Position numbers and translations under genes: made by a program
Assembly (NCBI GenBank): GCA_013265495.1
Contig: MU058844.1
Coordinates: 4,951,535 to 4,998,850, forward strand
Reading direction: 5' to 3'
Source: Vicugna vicugna
Lineage: Eukaryota
Length of the DNA: 47,316 nt
Notes under the pieces: generated by a model
What the model was told of the DNA's origin: nothing
The model's database searches: none
What the model saw: the letters and a program-made list of their open reading frames with translations, nothing else
Part shown: piece by piece, positions 37,501 to 47,316 of the stretch
Numbering within the stretch: the stretch's first letter is position 1
Layout: each line of letters opens with the position of its first letter

Positions 37501-38518
37501 GGAAATTTAAAATTAACCCTTATTCCGAGTAGAGTATATGCTGTGCTTCACATCTGTTTGCCCTGTCTCTCTTTTATGGTTACCTAATGTTACAATCAAC
37601 AAATTCAGACAAGCTAGTTGTTTCAATCACTTGGGGTTCTTAGGGAAGGCACCTAGTTGATTTACAGAAAATGTTCACTTTTCAGAGAATTGGTTTGTAA
37701 TTTGGAAGACTCAGTTTATATCCATGTCTTTTCTTTGTCATCTTCTAAAAAGTAATCAGAAAAATAAAAGTGACCTGGGCAAAGAAAAATAACTGACTCC
37801 AGGAAAACACAGAATAGAAAAGGATCTACTTTTGGATTAATCCATTCTACTTTAGTATGATCAATTACACACTGAAGGATTTTTTTTAAGTACGTTAGCT
37901 TCAGCACTTTATCACTCAATGCACTAGACAGAATTAATGTGGAACTGAAGCTGTAATCAAGGCCAATGAATGCAAGTACGAAAGACTATAGTATTCAAAA
38001 TAAATGAAATAACAAAGAAATGAGTCTTTTGGAAATTGCAGAGGGGGGAAAGAGGGAATTGTAGAAGGCAAGGTGTCATTTTCAATTCAGACTATATTCA
38101 TGGAAGGAGATTGCTCTGTCGAGTTATATAAAAGATGGCTTCTCAGACAGGTATACAGGTATGTCATCCAGGTGTGAGAAGTATATCCTGCAGTGTTATT
38201 AGGAACGGTTTACTGGAAGGGCATACCTCCTACTATCAGACGTAACGATTGATCTGTCTTATTGTAATAGTATAGTTTTAATTTAGTCCCTGGGCCAAAT
38301 TCCAGTTAGGCATGTAAGACCCTGTTGCCATGTTAGTTTGTATGTAGTGGATAAGAGTATCTCCTTCATATATATGGCTTCTGGAATAGAAGACATAATT
38401 TCTACTTCTTATTTCATTGTGAAATCTCATGGTCGTGCCTTTTCTCATGGTTTTTTCACTGATTATCTAGTCCTCTGGCTTTCTCATAATCATCCCCATC
38501 AGAAATTCAGCATCTTGG

Positions 38519-38928
38519 TCATTCTAAGTGAAGTAAGCTAGAAAGAGCAAAAAAATACCATATGCTATCACTTATATGTGGAATCTAAAAAGAAAATTCA
38601 CAAATGAACTTATTTATAAAACAGAAACAGACTTACAGACATAGAAAACAATCCTCTGATTACCAGAGGGGGAAATGGGTGGGGAAGGGATAAATTGGGA
38701 GTTTGAGATTTGCAGACACTAGCTAATATATATAAAATAGATAAACAAGTTCATACTGTATAGCACAAGGAACTATATTCAACATCTTGCAGTAACTTAT
38801 GGTGAAAAAGAATGTGAAAATGAATATATGTATGTTCATGTATGACTGGAATATTATGCTGTACACCAGAAATTGACACAACATTGTAAACTGACTATAC
38901 TTCAATAAAAATGTATGTTAAAAAAAAG
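38519..38928 (+). mobile_element. 5'-truncated lineage-specific L1 (last ORF2 codons plus 3' UTR)
   Basis: tcattctaagtgaagtaagc...atgtggaatctaa...gtacaccagaaattgacacaacattgtaaactgactatacttcaataaaaatg plus A tail. No TSD found. Confidence 0.93.
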
Positions 38929-40400
38929 AGAAAGCATTGGACAAAATTAAGTACTGTTTATAATAAAAAAAAAAAAAGTCTCTCAGTAAACAAAGAATAG
39001 AGGAGAACTTTCTCAACTTGACAAAGACAACCTATAAAAAGCCCAGATGGCCTTGGGTGTGGGATTGACTGTTTAGATATACAACATCAGGGATCTTACA
39101 TGCCTCATTAAAGGAATAATTGGCATGTTAGGTTTCAATAAAATAAAAAAATTCTGCTCTGGGGAAGAAAACATCAAGAGAAGAAGACAAGCCATAGGCT
39201 GAAAGAAAATATTTGCAAAAGACATATCTGATAGATGACTGTTACCCAAAATACATGAGAAACTCTTAAAACTCAATGATAAAAATACAAACACTTAAAA
39301 AATAGGTTAAAACCTTCACAGACACCTCATCAAATAAGATATACAGAAGACAAGCATATGAAAAGATGCACTACAAAATATTTCAGTTTTGCATTTGTGA
39401 AATGCAAATCAAAACAATAATGAGATACTACTACACAGCTAGTTGAATGGCCAAAATCTGGAACACTAACATACAAAATGCTGGCAAGGAATGTAGAGCA
39501 ACAGAAATCTCATTCATTGCTAGTGGGAATGCAAAATGGTGCCATCACTTTGAAAGACAGTTTGGTGTGTCTTTACAAAACTAAACATACTCTTTCTATA
39601 TAGTCTAGCAATAGCACTCCTTGGTACTTATCCAAAGGAGTTGAAAGCTTATGTCACACAAAAAACTGCATGCAAATTTTAATTTATATTTATATATAAA
39701 TAAAACAAAATATAAATATAAAATAAATATAAATAAATTTAAAATAAAATAAAATATAAATAAAAATTTAAAACCTTTATTCATAATTGCCAAAATTTGG
39801 AAGCAACCAAAATTTCCTCTAACAGGTGAATAAATAAATAAACTATGCTACCTCCTGACAATGGAATATTTGTAGTGCTAAAAGAAATGAGCTATTAAAT
39901 AACAAAAAGACATGGAGGAATTTTAAATTCATATTACTAAGTGAAAGACGCCAGTCTGATGATTCCAGCTATATGACATTCTGGAACAGTCAAAATTACA
40001 GAGACAGTAAATGGATCAGTGCTTGTCAGGAGTGACAGCATGGAGAGTGAGGGTAGGAATGAATAGGTATAACACAGAAGGATTTTTAGGGCAATGGAGA
40101 TACTCTGTATGGTACTGTGATATTGGATATATGTCATTATACATTTGTCCAAACCCTTAGAAGGTACAACACCAAGAGTGAACTCTAATGTAAATTATGG
40201 ACTTTGAATGGTTATAATGTGTCAGTATAGGTTTATCAGCTGTAACGAAGGTACCACTCTGGTGCAAGATGTTTATAATGGGGGAGGCTTTGCACGTGTT
40301 GAGGTGGGGGTACATGGGAAATCTTTGTAAATTCCTCTCAATTTTTCTGTTCTCGGTTTTGCCTAAGACTGTTCTAAAAATTATCTTAAAAAAAAAAAAG
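38929..40400 (+). mobile_element. L1MC1-like element (ORF2 remnants and full 3' UTR)
   Basis: 3' UTR atgtcattatacatttgtccaaaccc...caacaccaagagtgaactctaatgtaaattatggactttg...gtaccactctggtg is characteristic of L1MC1/2. A tail at ~40388-40399. Confidence 0.88.
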
Positions 40401-41477
40401 AAAGAAGGCAGATATGTTCAACTGTTTTGAATGCTTTTGAGAAATTGGATAAAATGAAAAGAGGGTAGTGACTACTGAAACTGGGAAGCTCTAAGTCATT
40501 TTTAACTTTAACAAGAGTAGTTCTAATGGCTGTTTGGGAAATAATTTCAAACAGCATGGTTCAGTTGAAGGGAAAAATCTTATGGAATTGCCCCTTGTCT
40601 GTAAATAACACATTTGAAAACCTTTGCTGTGATGATGAGGATAGAAATGATGCAGTAAGTTGAAGGATGGCATGGTTATTTTCAGTAAGTGCATGGATAT
40701 GTGAGTAAATGAGTAAAAGAAGGTATAAACAAATGTAAGTATTTCTGAAATTCTTTGAAATTGCTGTTTGCATACAAATTCCAGGTAAAACAGCAGATTA
40801 TTCATAATGTTGCATCTTTATATCACTGAAAAATAGATTTATGGCTTTTTTGGCTGTTGTTAGTTTTTCATAAATAATGAGATTTTCTTGACTGAAGTTC
40901 TATCAGCCTTCAGAAACCTGTCTTGGCAGCAAGCCACTTCTTTCTTCTCACTTATATTATCTCTTCCTTTCAAAGAAACAGATTCCACACAGATAGGCTT
41001 CAATAACAAAAGCTCTAATTACTTGACTTTTACAAATCCAAACCCAATGTCTAGCATTCTATTTCACTACCTGAATGCAGGAAATTTAGTTCAGAGGAAC
41101 CACCACCATCCTTATGAATCCCCATGTAAGAAGGAAAACATAATCTAAAAATAGTGTATATGCTTTTGTATCTTTTTTATTGACAAAGGAGATGCCTATT
41201 TTAAATGACCAATACTTAAAAATTCCTGCATTGTTTAGCTCATAGAAGAGGTCACATAAAAATGTGCTTTTTAAAAATACTATCCACTCCCAGTAGCACA
41301 TTCTCTAACTCAACTTCCTTTCACAGCTCAGGAGAAGACATTACTAAATATCTCAAGACCAGATATCAATTTTTGCTTAATGTCAAATTATTCCATTTTG
41401 TCTGATGCCATAGACCCTGAGCAAGAAGCCCTGTAGGTGAGAGTGTCGTGAGGATGCATGCTGGGGGCTGTTAGCAC

Positions 41478-41672
41478 AAGGGCCTCTCTAATAAGCTTCA
41501 GAGTTTGTGCACTTCACAGGGATGCCAGTCCCGGGGTGTGAAAGGCTGAAACCATTTACAGTTTGCTCTTCAAAGGGCTGTATTAACTAAAGAAAGCCAT
41601 CTTTTCCTGATTTGTTCACACATTCTATTTATAACTCATACAAGGATGCTGTGTAGACTGGTGGTAGCCCTG
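41478..41672 (+). mobile_element. MER91A-like hAT DNA transposon fossil
   Basis: gtttgtgcacttcacaggg near the start. Ends aagccatcttttcctgatt...caaggatgctgtgtagactggtggtagccctg. Confidence 0.5.
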
Positions 41673-41779
41673 ATACCCACTTTTCAAGAAAAAGTCAGGA
41701 CAACACGAATACATAGCACTTGTGTGCAGAGTTGTCTGTTTTCTTCCATAGCCTGCTTCTCTTGTTGTTTTACTCTTTA

Positions 41780-42310
41780 TTAAACAATTCATGGATTTAT
41801 TAGCATTCTACCATGGGCCCTTTCCTAGGAAGCATGTATAATTATTTTAAAACTTTTTAAAACAACCCTTAAATGTAAGTATAGTTACTTCCAATTTAAA
41901 GAAGAGGAAATTGAGATTCAGAGAGTTTAATTAACTTGCCAAACACCTAATAAATAGCAAAAACATCTTTTAAGTCCATAACTCTGAAGCCAAAACTCAT
42001 TTTCTTCTCCATATGCATTTTAATATTTATGTGATCAGGTTTCTTACCATAGAAATGCCTCTCATTGGTGAACTGCTTGCAATATTCCTTTTAAAATGTA
42101 TAAACCATGCTACTGAAGCCTCACAGTAACAGTGTATAGCAGAATGGGCAGATAATATTACCTTAATTCCACAGATAAGAACACTGAAGCCAAGAAAGAC
42201 TGAATGACTTGCCCTTAGCCACAGCCTCTAACTTATAAAACTAAAGTAGGACCATGTCTTCTGATTCCCTTTCCCTTGCTCTGTTCATCTGGACTACACA
42301 TACCCTGCTG
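41780..42310 (-). mobile_element. Two adjacent MIR SINEs (~41780-42020, ~42090-42310)
   Basis: agaggaaattgagattcagagagtttaattaacttgcc; cacagataagaacactgaagccaagaaagactgaatgacttgccc. Confidence 0.75.
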
Positions 42311-42349
42311 AATACACTTTGTTTTTATATCAGAATCAAAAAGCCTTTG

Positions 42350-43060
42350 ATATTTCCATTTCTAGTTAAGATGGTGTAACTGGAACCAGATTTAACTGCC
42401 TGCTTGAAACAGTTAAAACCTGGACCAAACAGATATTAAAATGACTTTCAAGATATCAGGCTACAAAGGACAGTGAACCCTGAGACATGGGAACAGACAA
42501 TATGAGCCTTTCAATTTCCCCAGCATACTGTCTTGAGAGAAATTTCACACTGTTGCCCAAGGAGAGACATAGTTAGGCAGTCCCTCTGGACTGAGGAGAT
42601 AGAACAGATTGTCTAGAAGGTCAAGATGATTAGAGTTTTCAGGACACACTGGGGATCTTCAGAGGGTTCTCTTGAGTCTCCAACAGGGTATATTGATCAA
42701 TGCATGCATATGAGGAAGCTACACCAGGCTGGGAAAGGACCAACAAAAAATGATTAGAAGAAATAATTTCTAAAGCTTACACATGATTGGAAGTAATTCC
42801 TTTTACTTCCAGCAAGGATGGAAAACCTTGCAATGCATAGACTATTGGATAGAGTTCTGAGAAGGGTTTTGTCTAAGTAGGAGTGTGAGAGATGGAGGAG
42901 TAATTAGCCCTCCACTAGATTTGGCCTGGCCTCACCTAAGATAGCTTAATATCAGGAACTGAAAGGAGAAACCTGCTTACTATTGATTTAATCACTATCT
43001 AGTCTAGGACACAATAATATTTATAAAAATACAAATATATCTAGCACACAAGATACAGAA
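42350..43060 (+). mobile_element. Old L1 5' UTR (L1MD/L1M4-type 5' end)
   Basis: ttccatttctagttaagatggtgtaactggaaccagattt...aaaggacagtgaaccctgaga...ttccccagcatactgtcttgagag, recalled as L1MDa-type 5' end. Confidence 0.6.
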
Positions 43061-43064
43061 TTCT

Positions 43065-44075
43065 GTAATTTATTTTGAGTTAACTTTTATACATGGATTA
43101 GGTATGGATGGAAGTGCAATTTTTTACATGTGGATATCAAAATGCCCCAGTAACGTTTGTTGAAAAAACTATCCTTTCTCCACTGAATTGTCCTTTTACC
43201 TTTCTTGAAAATAAGTTGTACATGTATGTGTGAGTCTATTTCCAAACTCTCTATTCTGTTTCTTTTGTCTAGTTGTCTATCTTTGTGCTAGTGCCACGCT
43301 ATCTTGATTGTTGTAGCTTTATAATAAGTCTTGGAATTGGAGAGCGTTTATTCTCTAAATTATTACTCTTTTTCAAAGTTATTTTGGTGATTCTAGGTCC
43401 TCTGAATATTTGCGTGAGTTTAAGATTTAGTTTGTCATTTTTTACATACATATACACACATACACAAAGTCTACTGGGTTTTGATAAGGATTACATTTAA
43501 CGTATAGATCAATTTCAGGAGAATTGTCACTTTAAAGATATTGTCTTCTCACCATGAATATGGTGAATCTCCAGTTTATCTAATGCATAAATTTCTCTTA
43601 GCCATATTTTTATAGTTTTCATTTACAGGTATGACAGATCTTTGGCCTGATTTATCCCTAAATATTTCATATTCTGATACTGCCATATATCATATTATAT
43701 GTTAATTTCAATTTCCAATTATTCATTACTAAAATATAAAACTAAAACAAAGCAATTTTTAACATTAATCTTGTATCATTAAAAGTTGCTAAACCCAGTA
43801 GTTTTAATGGCTGTTCATTGCTTACATCAGATTTCTGCAAGGAAAATCATTTCATTTGTAAGGGCAATTTCACTTCTTTCTGTCCAAACTGGATACTTTT
43901 TATTTCTCTTTCTTACATGTTTGCACTGGGTATAACATCCAGTAATATGTTGGATAGAAGTTTTGAGAACAGACATCCTTGTCTTTTTGCTGATCTTAGG
44001 GTAAACCAATCTTTCATCATTAAATATAATATTAGTAGTAGTTTTTTCATGAATACTCTTTCTGCTTTAACTAGA
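43065..44075 (-). mobile_element. Old L1 ORF2 fragment
   Basis: tttattttgagttaactttt, atgtggatatcaaaatgcccc...tttgttgaaaaaactatcctttctccactgaattg, gagaacagacatccttgtcttt (decayed RQGC region on minus). Confidence 0.85.
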
Positions 44076-44223
44076 TAGAGCAATTTCTGTTACCTATAGT
44101 GGAATTCTGACTGATACAGATATTATTTAAACAGGTACATTGTGTGTGAAATTAAAAGTATTTCTCATCACATCAGTGTATAGGTAAATCTATCCTCTCT
44201 CTCACTCTGTTATGTAAGATTTT

Positions 44224-44606
44224 TGTATTAGTCTGCTAGGGTTGCCAAAACAAGATACTGTAAGACTGGACTGGATAACTTAAACAACAGAAATTTATTT
44301 CTCACATTTCTGGAGGCTTGAAGTCCAAGATCAAGGTGCTGACAAGTTTAGTTTATCTTGATGCATCTTCCTTGGCTTGAAGGTGGCTGTCTTCTTACCT
44401 TGTCCTCATGACATTTTCTCTGTGTGTGCACGTCTCTGCTGTCTCTTCCTCACCTTACAAGAACATCATTAATATTGGACTAGGGTCCCACCCTTATGAC
44501 CTCATTCAACATTTACTTCTTTAAAGGCCCTATCTCCAAATATAGTCACATTGGAGCTCAGGGTCATAAATCTGGGGAAAGGGGGAATATAATTAAATCC
44601 ATAATA
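44224..44606 (-). mobile_element. MaLR solo LTR (MLT1A-like)
   Basis: tgtattagtctgctagggttgcc...aaacaacagaaatttatttctcacatttctggaggc...aagtccaagatcaaggtg...cccacccttatgacctcatt...tttaaaggccctatctccaaatatagtcacatt. Confidence 0.92.
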
Positions 44607-44799
44607 ATCATGCTAGTAATTTCTAGTTACGTGTCTTAGTGGAGTTATTTTTATTGAAATTTAGCTAGCTCACATAGTCCAACAATTTTAAAAATATTTA
44701 TATAAGATAGTTTTATAGCGCTTTAACTTTGTATATTGCTGTATCATCTATCTTTATCTTGGCAAATAACTTGAAGGGAATAACTCCAAGTTTTGTACC

Positions 44800-45920
44800 A
44801 TAGAAGTGATAAAGTTGTCAAAGGTATAGGCTTTGCAGTTAACATATCAGAATTTTATTTTTGGTGTCACCATATAAAGGCACAAGCTCTGGTATCAGAA
44901 AGAATGGGGTTTGAATCTTGGCTCTACTATTTAGAAGCTCTAGTTCTCATTCAGGTTGCTTTAACTTGCTCAGCCTTATTATCCTAATATATAAAACAGG
45001 AAGAGAGCTTGTGAATATTAAATTCATGTAGATGTAACCAATTTATGAAGTGTGCCTGCAACATAGTTAATGCCAAACACACACTGTTGTTTTTATTACA
45101 ATTTCTTCTCTTCTTCTTTTCCTGAATTATGGGGACAACACTATCCACCTATGCTAGATCAGCATCAGCATTGTTGATTCTCACTAAGGCCCGGAATTGC
45201 TTTCCTGAGAATCTCTTTGGCCTGTGGTTCCAAGTTGGATTTTGCCAGGGAGAACTCATTTAAGATGAAGAAATGTGTACAAGTCAGACACAGTGGCTTT
45301 ATTTGATGAGGTGGTTAGAACAGAAAAGCCACCGTTACAAATCTTTCCTTGAGCTTTCACTTGTGATCCCACTTCTGAGAGTTAAATTTCCCATCTGTGC
45401 TCCTGTTTGAGGTTGAAGAGGTTAGTGACTGTCCTATTTCCTAGTCACAGCCTTCCTGACCTTCATCATGAAGCCTTTCCATCGTTAAGTCTTAGTCATT
45501 ACATTAATGCCCCAGTTTACCTGTAATATATACAGAATATATGCAGGAACTCAAATTGATAAGCTAGGAAACGATCATAGGGGTTATTAAATAAATTACC
45601 ATCCATCTTAAAAGATACTTAGCACAGTGCTTGACAAACAGGACATTCTCAATAAATTAATTCCTTTCCTCTTTCTATACTATATTTCATGACTATAGAA
45701 GAATATATTAATTGTACATTATATAGCAACATATTACATTCTATAATTATTCTTTAATGTATTTACTGTTATAAACCCTATTTTATAGACTAGATACCTG
45801 AATTTTAGTAAGTTAACTTGTCCAATAGCACACAAGAGAAAAGTGTTAGAGCTGGGCTTTAAACTCATATCTGGCTAATCCTAAGCCCTATATACTTTCC
45901 ATAAACCCATTTTGTCTGCA
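44800..45920. mobile_element. MIR fragments (~44800-45100 plus, ~45570-45670 plus, ~45760-45920 minus) around a possible LTR33-like relic (~45120-45560)
   Basis: ggggtttgaatcttggctctactatttag; gatacttagcacagtgcttgac; gttagagctgggctttaaactc. The LTR33-like call rests on ttgctttcctgagaatctc...gtggttccaagttggattttgcca and is weak. Confidence 0.5.
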
Positions 45921-46269
45921 CAGATAAAACTTAATGAAAGACTCATGCCTTCGTAGAATATGATTTCTGCTTCAGATGTCGGATACATATCAGCTTCTGA
46001 CTATTCTTAAGAAATAATACGGGGAAAGATCCAGTCATGAGCTAGAAAGCCCCACATATAAATAAAGTCTTAATATTTAGAAAAAAAGACAAGAAATGCT
46101 AATCCTTATATTGATAACAGTTAGTTTCTAAATGCCTGATATAACAAACTTTATTAGACTATAGATTATTTGAGTATTTATTCTAGCTTTATTTTGAATA
46201 TATATATAAGATTTTCCCACCATGAGAGATCTTTTAGTCAAAGTAATGAGAGATGATATAATAGTTACA

Positions 46270-47021
46270 CTCCAGGCCAAGGCACAAGATAAAATCCCAG
46301 AAGAAGAAATAAGTGATGAGGAGATAGGCAATTTACCGGAGAAAAGTTTAGAATAATGATGGTGAAGATGTTCAGAAAACTCAAGAGGAGTACAGATGCA
46401 CAGATTAAAGTTTTCAGTAAAGAGTTGGAAAATATAAAGAATACCCAAATAGAGTTGAAGAATAAAATTACTGAAATGAATAACACACTAGAAGGAACCA
46501 ACAAGAGACTAAATGAGGCAGAAGAATGGATCAGTGAGTTAGAAGACAGATTAGTAGAAGTCAGTAGTGCAGAACAAAAAAAAAAAAAGAATGAAAAGAA
46601 ATGAGGATGGTTTAAGAGAACTCTAGGACAACATGAAATGCACTAATATTTGCAGTATAGGGATCCCAGAAAGAGAAGAGAGAGAGAGAAAACCTGAGAA
46701 AATTTTTGAAGTGGTAGTAATCGAAAACTTCCCCAACTTGGGAAGGGAAACAGTCACCCAAGTCCAGGAAGCACAGAGAGTTCCACACAGGATCAGCCCA
46801 AAAAGGAACACACCAAGGCACATAGTAATCAAACTGACAAAAATTAAGGATAAGGAGAAAATATTAAAGTTAACAACAGAAAAGTAAGAAATAACATATA
46901 AGGGAACTCTATAATGTTACCAGCTGATTTTTCAGCAAAAACTCTACAGGCCAGAAGGCAGTGGCACAATATATTTAAAGTGATGAAAGGGAAAACCTTT
47001 ACAACCAAAAATACTCTATCC
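46270..47021 (+). pseudogene. Disrupted L1 ORF1 (coiled coil, RRM, start of CTD)
   Basis: Peptides QDKIPEEEISDEEIGNLPEK, ELKNKITEMNNTLEG..RLNEAEEWISELEDR, NICSIGIPE..ENFPNL..TPRHIVIKL and [14 protein letters not shown], separated by frameshifts and stops (TAG 46624-46626, TAA 46885-46887). Confidence 0.93.
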
Positions 47022-47316
47022 ATTCAACACCCATTTATGATAAAAACTCTCGCCAAAGTGGGTATAGAGGGAACATATCTCAACATAATAAAAGCTATAT
47101 ATGACAAACCTACAGCCAGCTTAGTTCTCAACGGTGAAAAACTCAAAAGCTTCCCACTAAAATCTGGGACAAGACAAGGATGCCCACTAGTGAAAGAATA
47201 CAGAAAACTATAAACCATTCATGAAGGAAATTAAAGAAGACTTTAAAAAATGGAAAGATATTCCATGCTCTTGGATTGGAAGAATCAATATTGTTAAAAT
47301 GGTCACACTACACTGC
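47022..47316 (+). mobile_element. Young L1 ORF2 segment with internal deletion, running off the window end
   Basis: [10 protein letters not shown]...GTRQGCPL joined directly to VKE. 47200-47309 differs from the young L1 (reverse complement of ~23710-23819) at only 1 of 110 positions. Confidence 0.92.

Noticed and set aside
46914..47213. 99-aa ORF that looks like a novel ORF1-ORF2 fusion protein
   Set aside because: Accidental frame across junctions. It includes an out-of-frame linker (TFTTKNTLS), starts within a disrupted ORF1 and lacks the RT active site.
1..47316. Remaining 60-120 aa ORFs in the track; CRISPR arrays, operons or other prokaryote-type systems
   Set aside because: The ORFs fall in repeats or lack recognisable domains. 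The DNA is mammalian, with no regularly spaced repeat-spacer array.

Overview
AT-rich, repeat-dense mammalian genomic DNA, most likely camelid (camel/alpaca/llama), judged from a vic-1-type tRNA-derived SINE at 29779-29887 and artiodactyl-style L1 3' ends. A large part of the window is interspersed repeats: ancient L2, MIR, MLT1/MLT2, LTR40/41/78, MER20, MER47/Tigger5 and MER91; old L1M fragments; and lineage-specific L1s. The only long genuine ORF is the C-terminal 558 codons of ORF2 of a very young, 5'-truncated L1 (22031-24038, minus, perfect 17-bp TSD). I can name no host gene, but 6401-6509 looks like a terminal coding exon on the plus strand. The most unusual items are: (i) a three-part inverted L1 composite with strong AT-to-GC substitution bias (12833-13493); (ii) in-frame deletions in the wrist region of the young L1 ORF2; (iii) a young, RT-core-deleted L1 joined to an older L1 ORF1 at the window end. 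I found no convincing new multi-gene system. Repeat family names come from recalled consensus sequences, and boundaries of old repeats are approximate.
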